From positions 24,986,001 through 25,050,000 of the forward strand of contig OX597842.1 in NCBI GenBank assembly GCA_951406725.2: a stretch of 64,000 nucleotides of DNA, given 5' to 3'. This document shows, in pieces, positions 24,332 through 37,500 of the stretch. The notes beneath the pieces are model-generated. The model was not told the DNA's origin. It was given only the letters and a program-made list of their open reading frames with translations, and searched no databases. Numbering within the stretch: the stretch's first letter is position 1; each line of letters begins with the position of its first letter. Origin of the DNA: Octopus vulgaris. Taxonomy: Eukaryota. Position numbers and translations under genes: made by a program.

Positions 24332-26076
24332 TACTTGGCCCCCCCCCCCCCCGATCCCTTTTTCTCGCCCTGCCCTGCCAACTAGCCCCCAGGGGGGCTC
24401 CTCAATCATCTCATCTCTTCCCGTCTCTCTGGCCGACCTCTCTCTCTCTTTCTCCATCTTTCTCTTTCCCCCCCCTTTCTCCCTCTCTTTCCGTCATGCT
24501 CTCCCCCGCTCCTGCCTCCACCACCTCTTGTCATCTCTACATTCTTCGCCGTACATCAACTGCACCGCCGCCGCCACCATCATCATCATCATCACCACCA
24601 CTACCACCAACCAACCAACCAACAAACAAACCAACCACCATCTTCATCATCATCATCAACATCATCATCATCTTCATCACATGATCAGTTTGTACATAGT
24701 CATTGGAAGTCTTTTTCTTTTTTTTTTTTTTGTCTTTCTATTCCCCCCTCTTGCCATCTCTGTTTGTCTGACCCCTGAGCCCTGATCCCCATTCCACCCC
24801 CATCGCTTCCCATCCTTCAACTCTTCTCTCTTTCTCTTCCCTGTCTTAACTTGTCCTCTCCCCCCTTCCACTACACCACACACACACACACACACCCTTC
24901 ATGCACCTAATATTCTCTCTCTCTCTGTCTCTGTCTCTCCCCCCTTTTTTTCCCTGTTTTTTTTTGTCAGCCTTACTCCCATCTCCCCCCATCCAGTTCT
25001 AACCCCCCATCTGTGAAACACACTCCAGCCTCTTCAAAGCATCTGGGGAACCTTAAAGAGACACAGACTGTGTGTATGTATGTATGTATGTATGTATGTG
25101 TGTGTGTGTGTGTGTGTATATATCTCTATATACATCTCTTTCTCTCTCTATCTCACTGATGTTTAGGGGGTGGGGTCAATACTCTCCATTGCTAACAACC
25201 AGAGAGAGAAAGTCCTTTGTGTCTGTCTGTCTGTCTGTGTGTCTGTTTTCACCTGAAAAAAAAAACCAAAAACCAGGAACTTTTGGGAACCATTTAACTA
25301 CACCCCCCCCACTCCCATCCCACCAATTCCTTGTGTTGTACAGTCTCACCTCTCCACCACCACGACCACCACCACCACAACCACCACCATTACTCTTGTT
25401 GTCAGCTCTGGCTGTGTTTGTTTTTTTTTTTTCCTCTTCATTATTGTTTTTTTTTTTTGTAATCGTTGTAAATATTCATTGCTACAAAGAAACAAAAAAA
25501 AAAATTAAATAAATAACTAAAATAAAGCTGCACTCGAAGAAGAAGAAGAAGAAGAAGACAAAAAAAGCAAAATAAAATTACCATAAACAAACAAAACAAA
25601 ACAAAACAAACAACAAAGAAACTGGATGCTCCACTCGAACTCAAACTCCAGCTCCACTCCAACTCCAAACTCTGAAATGTCATATTCTAGTCTTTATCAC
25701 CATTTAAATAAAACTACACTCAACTATACAAAAAAAAAGAATAATTGAAAGCAAAGCAAAACAAAATAAACAAAATAAAATTTAAAAAAACACTGAAAAT
25801 GTCGCTGTCGACTCCAAGGAACTGTAAACGCCAAGTGGAGATAACTCTCTGACTGAACTTGACTTGGACTTGAACTCGAACTTTGATAAAGTCACACACA
25901 TTAGTCGAGACCTCATGTCGAAACAAGACTCCCATCAAAACTCTAAGCTTGATGTTTCGATGACTTTTAGCACCGACAGGCTCGAGAGATGGACTTGAAT
26001 TATTACCGGGCGATTGGTGATCCGGACCAACCCCGGCTCTCTCGGGTTCTGCAATGGTCGTACTTACTCTAGATTG

Positions 26077-26115
<39 letters not shown>

Positions 26116-26850
26116 CACTCTTTCTCTTTCTATCTCTCTCTCTCTCAATCTGATATCTTTAATAAAGTCATCATGAACAACAATTACTGCTACTACTATT
26201 ATTACTGCTACTACTACTACTACTACAGTAAAATGCAAGCTTGTTGTTTGAATAGAAACGTAGAGATTTGTGAGAATGAAGTGTTGTGTTGTAGAAGAAA
26301 AGCAGCAAAAATGATGAGATATGAAAGGGATGAACAAAAAAAGAGAAAAAGACAGTGTGGGAGAAGAAAGAAATGACCAACGGGAGTTGTAGGGGATGGA
26401 GACGAGGGAGAAGATGTGTTTTGGAAGATGCGGTGGTGTTGGTGGTGGGTTGTACAGACTACTACTGTTCATTACAACCAAACAATTTATCTGTAGCTGT
26501 CACATTACCTTGGGGGGGGCAGGGCATGGAGATTGTTGTTTTTGTTCTTCTTTTATTCTCTCTCTTTCCTTCTCTCTCTCCAACTGTCCCTGCCTCCTTC
26601 CTCAGCATGTACGTTAATATTTCTGTGAAATTAATTATAAAATTTCTTATCTCTTCCCCTCCCCGTCTTTTTTTTTCTTCTTTTTTTGTTTTAAATGTTT
26701 AGGAGTTGTTAAATGCAGATCAAATTTTTTTTTTTTTAATTATGATTTTTAATTGTTTTTCTTTCAATCTAATTTAAAGGCAAAGTCAACTTTTTGAGGT
26801 ATTTATTTATTTGTTGCAGTTCTGTTTTTTTTTTTTTTTTTTTTTTGCAT
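24332..26850 (+). other. Probable KAT6 3' UTR (end undefined)
   Basis: TE-free, low-complexity T/A- and CT-rich sequence after the stop codon, with AATAAA motifs near 25510-25526 and at 26161. Confidence 0.5.
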
Positions 26851-27685
26851 ACATCAGGCGCAGGGGTGGCTGTGTGGTAAGTAGCTTGCTTACCAGCCAC
26901 ATGGTTCCAGGTTCAGTCCCACTGCGTGGCACCTTGGGCAAGTGTCTTCTACTATAGCCTCAGGCCGATCAAAGCCTTGTGAGTGGATTTGGTAGACGGA
27001 AACTGAAAGAAGCCCGTCGTATATATGTATATATATATATATATGTGTGTCTGTGTTTGTCCCCCTAGCATTGCTTGACAACCGATGCTGGTGTTTATGT
27101 CCCCATTACTTAGCGGTTCGGCAAAAGAGACCGATAGAATAAGTACTGGGCTTACAAAAAGAATAAGTCCCGGGGTCGAGTTGCTCGACTAAAGGCAGTG
27201 CTCCAGCATGGCCACAGTCAAATGACTGAAACAAGTAAAAGAGTCAAGAGTAAAAGAGTATCAGTAGCTACTGTGAAGGCATGTGGCCTAGTGAGTAGGG
27301 ATGTGGCACTACAGCGGGCAAGATCATTGGTTCAATTTCTAGACCAGGCAGTGCATTAAGTTGTTGAGCAAAGCACTTCATTTCACATCGTTCTGCGATC
27401 ATTTTGACATCAGACATATAGCGCGCTGTGCTCCAGTTTGGGCAACGTCGATTTGATAGAAAGAAGTAAACTCATTGTACATCACAAACATTTGATCACT
27501 ATAAACAAATTATCTTTATAGGTTATTTAGCAACATCTTGTGGAACCCTTAATCTGTCGTTTACTACTGGTGAAACTTGCTCAGACACTTTTAAACCCCC
27601 TATCCCCATGCCATCCATCTTGGCCCTTCAGAGCGGCATTGAGTATCTCGTTTGATCACTATAAACAAATTATCTTTATAGGTTA

Positions 27686-27977
27686 CTAGCAGTATCGCTC
27701 GGGGTTTGTAAGGGAAATAACTATATCAGCATTTTTAGAGAGTTACTTCCCTTATATAATAGCAAAAAAAATGCATTAAAAATGGGAAAAAATGATGGTA
27801 AATTTTTTTTAAAATCGTAGACTCATCGTAGACGCTCTAATACCCAGAAGGGCTCGATAAGAATCACGACTATAAGATACCCGGTTTTGGTTAAACTGCA
27901 CCGCAAAATGTGGGAGTAGTTAGGAATCTAAATCGTAGGAGACAGACAGCACACAACTTCACTTTTATATATAAAGA
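27686..27977 (-). mobile_element. Non-autonomous Helitron
   Basis: Minus strand begins TCTTTATATATAAAAG and ends CTAG; inserted between A and T with no TSD. The empty site is visible in the adjacent duplicate (GGTTA|TTTAGC at ~27521-27531). Confidence 0.9.
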
Positions 27978-30029
27978 TTTAGCAACACCTTGTGGAACCC
28001 TTTATCTGTCGTTTACTACTGGTGAAGCTTGTTCAGACACTTTTAAACCCCCCATCCCCACACCATCCATCTTGGCCCTTCAGAGCGGCATTGAGTGTCT
28101 CTGGTGACTGCAGAAAACGCTTCTTGTCTGACTCCATGACGAGTAACGCAGGATGAGTTTCTGAGGTTAACACGGGTCATGGAATGTCTTTCGATAGCTA
28201 ATTTCTCACCTTTGGTCGCAGGTCCTTTTGACGAAAATAACTACTACTACTACTACTGCTGCTGCCAAAGTTTTCAGTTGTTTTGGGACGGAATTAAAAT
28301 CTAAACAATAAACACACAGGAGTGGCTGTGTGGTAAGTAGCTTGCTTACGAACCACATGGTCCCAGGTTCAGTCCCACTGCGTGGCACCTTGGGCAAGTG
28401 TCTTCTACTATAGCCTCGGGCCGACCAAAGCCTTGTGAGTGGATTTGGTAGACGTAAACTGAAAGAAGTCCGTCGTATATATTTATATATATGTTTGTGT
28501 TTGTCCACCCCCAACATCGCTTGACAACCGATGCTGGTGTGTTTACATCCCCGTAACCTAGCGGTTCGGCAGAAGAGACCGATAGAATAAGTACTAGGCT
28601 TACAAAGAATAAGTCCTGGGGTCGATTTGCTCGACTAAAGGCAGTGCTCCAGCATGGCCGCAGTCAAGTGATTGAAACATGTACAAGAAGAAAAGAATAC
28701 ACACAACGCCCAGGATGAGAATCAAAACCACGACTCTCCAACCGCTAGTCCACTGCCCTAACCACTGGGCCATTGCACCTCCTCGTCTGCAATAATTAGA
28801 TGTAGAATACTGAAATTTCATTTCATATCTTTTTTGTCAAATTATTGCAGACGTGGAGGCGCAATGGCCCAGTGGTTAGGGCAGCAGACTTGCGGTCGGA
28901 GGATCGCGGTTGCGATTCCCAGACCGGGCGTTGTGTGTGTTTATTGAGCGAAAACACCTAAAAGCTCCATGAGGCTCCGGCAGGGGGTGGTGGTGACCCC
29001 TGTTTTACTCTTTCGCCCCAACTTTCTCTCACTCTCTCTTCATGTTTCTTGAGTAACGCTGTGATGGACTGGCGTCCCGTCCAGCTGGGGGGAACACATA
29101 CGCCATAGAAACCGGGAAACCGGGCCCATGATCCTGGCAAGGCTTGAAAAGGGTGCATAAATAATAAATAAAAAAATTATTGCAGACAGAGAGTATGCAG
29201 GAGAAAATGGCAGAGAGGCTGAGGAAGACCTTGTTCTTTCTCTCCCTCATCTTTCTCACCCATCAGTGCCATCATAACGATGACACCTTGTGACTGTATG
29301 TACATATTTTTATATGTATAGCTTAGCTTTCCCTGAACCCTTTTAATTGCCTTCTGGACCCCTTTTTTTTTTGTTTGTTTGGGTGGGTTTTTTATTGTTT
29401 TGCATTAAGGAGAAGAGAGATAAGTGTGAAATGGTGGTTGTATGATGCCCCCCACCCCCTCCCTATTCTGTGGTGGTTGTCATACATGGACTCTCGGTGG
29501 CAGTGTTGTCTGTCTTCTCTTTGAGGAGGAGGAAGATAACTGAAAAAGAAATTTTCCCTTACTCCCTCCACCATTTAAAACAAAACCTCCCCCCCATCAC
29601 CACGAGCCCTGCCTGTATTACTCCTGATAGTTTTGTTGGGGTCAGAGGGGAGGAGAGAAGGCAGGCAGGTTGAACTTTTGAAAAAAAGAAAACAAGAAAA
29701 AAATGAAACAATTTGCAAAAAAAAAAAAATTAAAAAAACAGACCACTGCATCTATCTCTCTTTGCACTCCACTTCCTTCCTAGTGTGTGCAGGGGCGGTG
29801 GTGACAATAAGAAGCATTTCTGTTTTCCAACCTCCTTTCTGCCACATGCACATTGCCATCTCTGAAGAGTACAGGGATACATAATTGGGCTGTTATCTAA
29901 CACCCCATTGAACCTCCTAGTGAGAAACTGGTGAGATCAGCTGGATATATAATTCTATACACTTCGATTAATATATAAAATAAATCGTGCAACACATACA
30001 ACAGACTGCCAGGGAGCCAATATGCAGCA

Positions 30030-30073
<44 letters not shown>

Positions 30074-30480
30074 GGCGCAGGAGTGGCTGTGTGGTGAGTA
30101 GCTTGCTTACCTACCACATGGTTCCGAGTTCAGTCTCACTGCGTGGCACCTTGGGCAAGTGTCTTCTACTGTAGCCTCGGGCCGACCAAAGCCTTGTGAG
30201 TGGATTTGGTAAATGGAAACTGAAAGAAGCCCGTCGTATATATTTATATATATATCTGTGTGTGTGTGTGTCCCCCCCCCCCCCCCAACATCGCTTGACA
30301 ACTGATGCTGGTGTGTATACGTCCCCGTTACTTAGCGGTTTGGCAAAAGTGACTGATAGAATAAGTACTAGGCTTACAAAGAATAAGTCCTGGGGTCGAT
30401 TTGCTCGACTAAGGGCAGTGCTCCAGCATGGCCACAGTCAAATGACTGAAACAAGTAAAAGAGAATAAAAAAGATATATA

Positions 30481-30512
<32 letters not shown>

Positions 30513-30591
30513 GTATAAAATATATGTATACAATTATTCAATAGCAAGATAAAACTCTGAGTTTCAGACGCCGAAATCGGTTAGATGGCCA

Positions 30592-30652
30592 GATTACTGA
30601 AGAGATAGTGTTGTGGATTTCCACTTCAGTATCCGAAACTCAGAGTTTTATC
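30592..30652 (+). ncRNA. Hammerhead-like motif (CTGAAGA core) in a Penelope-like remnant at 30530-30760
   Basis: GATTA CTGAAGA GATA..GTGGATTTCCAC..TATC C GAAA CTC A GAG T T TTATC. A second family copy on the minus strand at 56429-56490 has helix I GGTAA/TTATC and helix II GATG/CATC (compensatory change). Confidence 0.6.
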
Positions 30653-32373
30653 TTGGCTATTGAATAATTGTCACATATTATTTTACAGATAAATTTCCTC
30701 TATTTACATATTATTGAGGTCTCTTTCTTTCTTTTGTTATCTTACTGTTTTTACCAATATATATATATATATATATAATATGTATATACAGAGAAAGAAA
30801 GAGAGACACACATCACCTCATTTTTTTGTATCCACCAAAAATCTTTATTAGATCTGAAGTAAAAAGACTTCAAAAGATATGATAATGATAAATAAAAGAG
30901 AAAGGCAGACAAACCAACACCACATCATCATATTTTTCTGTGTTTTAAAACAGTCTGTCTCTCAAAACTCTACAATATTAGATCTGAAAATAAAAAGACT
31001 TCAAAAGATATGATAATAATAATAATAATAATAAAAAATAATACGAATACTAAAGGGTTAACACAAAGGGATCTATCTCCTCCATCTTGTTGCACTTTTA
31101 TTTTTCTGCAGTTGCCCCTGCATCGCTCTTGCTACAGATGTCTTATTTGTTTTTTTGTGTATTTTTCTTCTTTGTGTTGTTCTTATTGTACAACTGACTT
31201 TTCTTTATTTGGTTGTTATGTTTTTGTTAAGGGAGAAAATTGCTTTGCAGCATTTTGTTTCAGTTCTTGATATTCTCCGAGTTGGAATTCTGACGTGGTC
31301 TACTTTACCATTTATCCTTTTGGAGTCGATGTCATCATATCATCGTTTAACATCTGCCTTCCACGCTAGCATGGGTGGGATGGTTTCAGGAGAGCCATTC
31401 AGGAAGAAGCCTGCACCAGACTTCTGTGATGGTTTTGGCAGAATTTTTACAGCTGGATACCTTTCTAGGTGGACTTATTTCTTTATTGCCCACAAGGGGC
31501 TAAACACAGAGGGGACAAACAAGGACAGACAAAAGAATTAAGTCGATTATATCGACCCCAGTGCATAACTGGTACTTATTTGGCGGGGAGCTGGCAGAAA
31601 CGTGAGCACACCGGGCGAAATGCGTAGCCGCATTTCGTCTGCTGTTACATTCTGAGTTCAAATTCTGCCGAGGTCGACTTTGGCTTTCATGCTTTCGGGG
31701 TCGATTAAATAAGTACCAGTTACGCACTGGGGTCGATATAATCGACTTAATCCCTTTGTTTGTCCCTCTGTGTTTAGCCCCTTGTGGGTAGTAAAGAAAT
31801 TGGTACTTATTTAATCAACTCCGAAAGGATGAAAGGCAAAGTCGACCCCAGCAGAATTTGAACTCAGAACATAACTGCAGATGAAATACCTATTTCTTTA
31901 CTACCCACAAGGGGCTAAACACAAAGGGAACAAACAGATTAAGTCGATTACATCGACCCAATGTGTAACTGGTACTTAATTTGTCGACCCTGAAAGGATG
32001 AAAGGCAAAGCCGACCTTAGCGGAATTTGAAATCAGAAAGTAACAGCAGATGAAATACCAACTAAGCATTTCGCCCAGCGTGCTAACGTTTCTGCCAGCT
32101 TGCCGCCTTCTAGGCGGACTTAGTGCTTTTTTCATGGTACCAGCACAGGCGGTTTGAGGTGAGTAATGCTTTCTACGTGACACCAGCACAGGTGAGGTCA
32201 GTTTTGGCAAGGTTTTTACAGCTAGATGTCCTTCCAAATACCAACCACTTTATAGTGTGGGCTGGGTGCTTTTAAGTGGCACCTGCACTGACAGGGTCAC
32301 CAAGTACACACCTGTAAAATACTGATGTCGGTGGTATTGAATTAACCTCTCCACAAATCTGCTGGTTTTGTGC

Positions 32374-33080
32374 TTAACCCTTTTGTTACCATATTTCTGT
32401 TGAGATGCTCTAAGTTTCTTTCAATTACTTTAAATATAACAAAGAATTTAGTAAAATAACTTAGTTATCATTCAGCTAGTGTTAGGAACATAAATTGTGG
32501 CTAAGGTTTGGTGGAAGATTTTAATTCAAAACTTATGAAAACAAAACATTTGTACTCAGAGCCAGACCTGGTTTCAGCTGGGTTGATATCAAAAGGGTTA
32601 AAAATATCATGGTGACTTTAACTCTTTTGGTACCCTATTTCTGTTGAGATGTTCTAAGTTTCTTTCAATTACTTTAAATATAACAAAGAATTTAGTAAAA
32701 TAACTTAGTTATCATTCAGCTAGTGTTAGGAACATAAATTGTGGCTAAGGTTTGGTGGAAGATTTTAATTCAAAACTTATGAAAACAAGACATTTGTACT
32801 CAGAGCCAGACCTGGTTTCAGCTGGGTTGATATCAAAAGGGTTAAAAATATCATGGTGACTTTAACCCTTTTGGTACCCTATTTCTGTTGAGATGTTCTA
32901 AGTTTCTTTCAATTACTTTAAATATAACAAAGAATTTAGTAAAATAACTTAGTTATCATTCAGCTAGTGTTGGGAACATTAATTGTGACTAAGGTTTGGT
33001 GGAAGATTTTTATTCAAAACTTATGAAAACAAGGCATTTGTACTACAGAGTCAGAGCTGGGTTGGTAATGAAAGGGTTAA
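32374..33080 (+). mobile_element. Three tandem piggyBac-like MITEs (period 244 bp)
   Basis: TTAA-CCC...GGG-TTAA units starting at 32374, 32618 and 32862, separated by AAATATCATGGTGACT. Confidence 0.85.
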
Positions 33081-33919
33081 ACCAGAAACCAATGGAATTA
33101 TAATAGAAGACTTACACTAGCACTTGTCGTCATTGTGGGGTTGATGAAATAAGGTAGCAGTGAAATACTGGGGTAGATTTAATTTTCCTATAAAGCATCC
33201 TAAATGTGAATGGAATTACTTCAAAAGGTATCTATTAACAAAAACAGGTAAAGTGATCTAAATTAAAAGCTTCCATCAAAATTTTAGAAGGGTTAGCTTG
33301 TTGCTCTCCACACTGAGAGATCCTGTGTCCTGGCAGAGGTTGTGAAACAGGCCAGGCTGAGAGTATCGGATGAGTGCACCTTGGAAGATCTTGGGGCTAA
33401 CATCGTAGCTAGAGTCATGGTCTTGTCTTTGGGGTATTTCTGAGACACTGTACCTGAATTATTCCAAAGTCAATGTGTGGTAAGAAATTTTCTTCCCAAC
33501 CACTTGGTTTCAGGTTCAGTTCCACTGTGTGGCACCTTGGGTTAATTTACTATAGCATCATGTCAGCCAAATGCTTGTGAGTGGATTTGGTGGATGGAAA
33601 TTGAAAGAAGCCCATTGAATGCATATATCTGTACAGGCGTGGCTGTGTGGTAAGAAGCTTGCTTCCCAACCGCATGCTTCTGGGTTCAGTCCCACTCTGT
33701 GGCACCTTAGGCAAGTGTCTTCTACTATAGCCTCAGGCTCACCAAAGTCTTATGAGTGGATTTGGTAGATGGGAAACTGAAAGAAGCCTGTTGTGTGTGT
33801 GTGTATGTATGTATATATATATGTATGTGTGTAGTTAATCCAAACATGAAAGCACAAAAAAACACAACAACGCGAGGACGTGGAACAAATATAGTATTAT
33901 TGGATGCTCAAGAAGGAGG

Positions 33920-33954
33920 GTTTAACGTTTCGAGCGGAGCTCTTCGTCGGAAAC
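33920..33954 (-). ncRNA. Minimal hammerhead-like motif, same family (remnant at 33832-34015)
   Basis: Reverse complement GTTT CCGACGA A GAGC-TCC-GCTC GAAA CG T T AAAC: helix I GTTT/AAAC, helix II GAGC/GCTC, palindromic ACGT helix III. Confidence 0.65.
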
Positions 33955-35767
33955 ATAGAAGGGAAGACAGAGGAAAAAATCGCCAACGGTACACACGCGG
34001 TCACATTTTGAAAATATATATATAAGTACCTATGTGTATGTATCTTTGTGTTTGTCCCTTCATCACCACTTGACAACTGGTGTTGGTGTGTTTGTGTCCC
34101 TGTAACTTAGCAGTTCGGCAAAAGAGTCCAATAGAACAAGTAGTAGGCTTACAAAGAATAAGTCTTGGGGTTGATTTCTTTGACTAAAAGAAACCCCTAT
34201 AAACATATATATTGAAGGCGGTGAGCTGGCAGAAACGTTAGCACGCCAGATAGAATAAGTACTAGGCTTACAAAGAATAAGTCCTGGGGTCGACTTGCTC
34301 GACTAAAAGGTGGTGCTCCAGCGTGGTCGCAGTCTGGTATTCTCTCGGAACTGTTGTAACTTAAGGTAAGTCCGAAAATATAAAAATGCCGATTTTTTGG
34401 CATTTTTCTGGAATCCCCGTAGCCGAAAATGTGGGTTTCTGGCAAAAAAAAGAAAAATAAATTCGGAGGCGCAGGAGTGGCTGTGTGGTAAGTAGCTTGC
34501 TAACCAACCACACGGTTCCGGGTTCAGTCCCACTGCGTGGCATCTTGGGCAAGTATCTTCTGCTATAGCCCCGGGCCGACCAATGCCTTGTGAGTGGATT
34601 TGGTAGACGGAAACTGAAAGAAGCCTGTCGTATATATGTATGTGTGTGTGTTTGCGTGTCTGTGTTTGTCTCCCTAGCATTGCTTGACAACCGATGCTGG
34701 TGTGTTTACGTCCGCGTCACTTAGCGGTTCGGCAAAAGAGACCGATAGAATAAGTACTGGGCTTACAAAGAATAAGTTCTGGGGTCGATTTGCTCGACTA
34801 AAGGCGGTGCTCCAGCATGGCCGCAGTCAAATGACTGAAACAAGTAAAAAGAAAAGAAAGAAAAAAAAGATATTGGGGGTGGGGAAGTCTTTCCAATGCA
34901 TGTGCAAGTGGCTGAGTACTCCACAGATACGCGTACCTTTGACGTAGTTCTCAGGGAGATTCAACATGACATAGTGCGACAAGGCTGGCCCTTTGAAATA
35001 CAGGTACTACTCATTTTTGCCAGCTGAGGAGCAACGTGAAATAGAGTGTCTTACTCAGGGACAATACACAGCCAGGAATCGAACTCGCGACCTTTACGAT
35101 CGTGAGCCGAATACCCTAACCACTAAACCACGTGCCTTCGCATACCTGCAAAATATAGGCGTGAGAAGTGGCTGTTATGTCAGTTTTACCTTGTACCGGC
35201 AGAAAAGGGTTTTCGTAAAACGTTCGAATGCAGGTAAACCATACGGAGTGGAAAGGGATACAGTTAAAAGTGCCTTTGGAGAGGTCGGATATTGGAAATT
35301 TGGAGAAAGGAATTGGCGGAGTAGGGAATAAGGATCTTTGGATTATAGTCTCTTTTCTTTCTTTTTTCTCTTTTACTTGTTTCAGTCATTTGACTGCTGC
35401 CATGCTGGAGCACCGCCTTTAGTCGAGCAAATCGACCCCGGGACTTATTCTTTTGTAAGCCCAGTACTTATTCTATCGGTCTCTTTTGTCGAACCGCTAA
35501 GTGACGGGGACATAAACACACCAGCATCGGTTGTCAAGCAATGCTAGGGGGACACACAAACACAGACACACAAACACACATACATATATATACATATACA
35601 TATATACGACAGGCTTCTTTCAGTTTCCGTCTACCAAATCCACTCACAAGGCATTGGTCGGCCTGGGGCTATAGCAGAAGACACTTGCCCAAAATGCCAC
35701 GCAGTGGGACTGAACCCAGAACCATGTGGTTGGTAAACAAGCTACTTACCACACAGCCACTCCTACG

Positions 35768-35811
<44 letters not shown>

Positions 35812-36457
35812 ACGGGCTTCTTTCAGTTTCCGTCTACCAAATCCACTCACAAGGCATTGGTCGGCCCAGGGCTATAGCAGAAGACACTTGCCCAAGGTGC
35901 CACGCAGTGGGACTGAACCCAGAACCATGTGGTTGGTTAGCAAGCTACTTACCACACAGCCAGTCCTGCGCCTTTAGTCTGGTGAAAATTTGGAAGAAAT
36001 TTAACAAGATCCGTCCTGCCCCAAACAAAGAATCAAACGGGGTGCTGCAGAATAATGTTTCATTTTTTTCTTTGTCTCTTTTAGACGTTATGGGATAGTT
36101 TAAAGGAAATTCGGCTGCTTTTTCTGGCAGGTCGAAAGACCATGCAAAAGGTTTATGCAAGGTGATTTTAGGGTTAGGGTTAGGGGTAGGGGAAGGGTAT
36201 CTTCTTTTCTTCACAAATGTAAATAAACCCAATCTGTTTCTTAAACGAGGGACATATTCATACGGCACAGAATGTTTTCACCTCAATAGACGTCATTGAT
36301 TGGTTAAAATTGCCGAAATGCAAGAAATTAAAGACCAAATATCTTACCAACTATAGAATTTTCTCCCTAGTTTTATCGAAATGAGGGCTTTTTATTGGCT
36401 AAAATTCCATAACTAAATGCTCATAAAGCCATTTTCCTCACCATCATTTCAAATCTA

Positions 36458-36793
36458 GGATCTTTTCTGTTTGACCGGCAGTTTTTTAAAATAATTTCCA
36501 CGTAACTAAACACTTTTAAACTTCGTATACTGGTAGAATGTGTTTATAAAACATCTTTTTCTCTTGGCTTTATTGAGAAAATTCTATAGTTTGTAAGATA
36601 TTTGTTGTTTTTTTTCTGCAATTTCAACCAATCAATGACGCCTATTGAGGTGAAAACATTCTGTGCTGTATGAATATGTCCCTCGTCTAAGAAACAGATT
36701 GAAATGCAATAGATCGATACTGGGGTCATAATTATGGGAGACAATTTCATATAACACCGCTAGAAAAAACTGCCGTTAAAACCGAAAAGACCC
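36458..36793 (+). mobile_element. MITE with GGATCTTTTC terminal inverted repeats (partial inverted copy at 36167-36365)
   Basis: GGATCTTTTCTGTTTGACCGGCAGTTTTT...AAAAACTGCCGTTAAAACCGAAAAGACCC. Confidence 0.75.
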
Positions 36794-36976
36794 CATTTTT
36801 TTTCTTTGTCTCTTTTAGACGTCATGGGATAGTTCAAGGGAAATTCGGCAGCTTTTTCTAGCAGGTCGAAAGACCATGCAAAAGGTTTATGCAAACTGAT
36901 TTTAGTAGTCCTGTTTTATCGGTTTTCTATCGGCTAAAATTCCATTATTAAATGTTCGTAATCACTTTATTATTAA

Positions 36977-37368
36977 CTAGCAGTATCGCCTGGCGTTGCT
37001 TGGGTCTGTAAGGGAAATAACTATATAAGCATATTTAGAGAGTTATAGCCAAAAAATAGCAAAAAAATGCATTAAAAATGGAAAAAAAATGATGGTAAAT
37101 TTTTTTTTAAATCGTTGACTCATCGTAGACATTTTTAGAGAGTTACTTCCCTTATATAATATCGAAAAATGCATTAAAATGAAAAAAATGATGGTAAATT
37201 TTTTAAAATCGTAGACCCATCGTAGACGCGTGCTAATACCCAGACGGTCTCGATATGAATCACGACTATAAGATACCCGAATTTGGTTAAACTGCACCGC
37301 AAAATGTGGGAGTAGTCAGGAATCTAAATCGTAGGAGACAGACACAACTTCTCTTTTATATATAAAGA
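36977..37368 (-). mobile_element. Non-autonomous Helitron, same family, with an internal ~90-bp tandem duplication
   Basis: 5' TC, 3' GC-rich hairpin plus CTAG, A|T insertion site; homologous to 27686-27977. Confidence 0.9.
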
Positions 37369-37500
37369 TTTCTAGAAAGAGATAAAAGCTATTTTCGTCA
37401 TCGTCATTTCAAATCTACATCAAAAGTAAAGGCATTCTTTCGATATAACTCAACAAAATCAAAACATTTCACTTTGGGTATTACCGTGAAAGCAATTCTG

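Noticed and set aside
20743-24457. Overlapping and antisense ORFs across the KAT6 terminal exon
   Set aside because: Shadow frames of trinucleotide-repeat, GC-rich coding sequence with no recognisable motifs.
36167-36192. Interstitial telomeric TTAGGG repeats
   Set aside because: Only 2-3 units, and they are an internal part of the GGATC-TIR MITE (also at 37915-37930).
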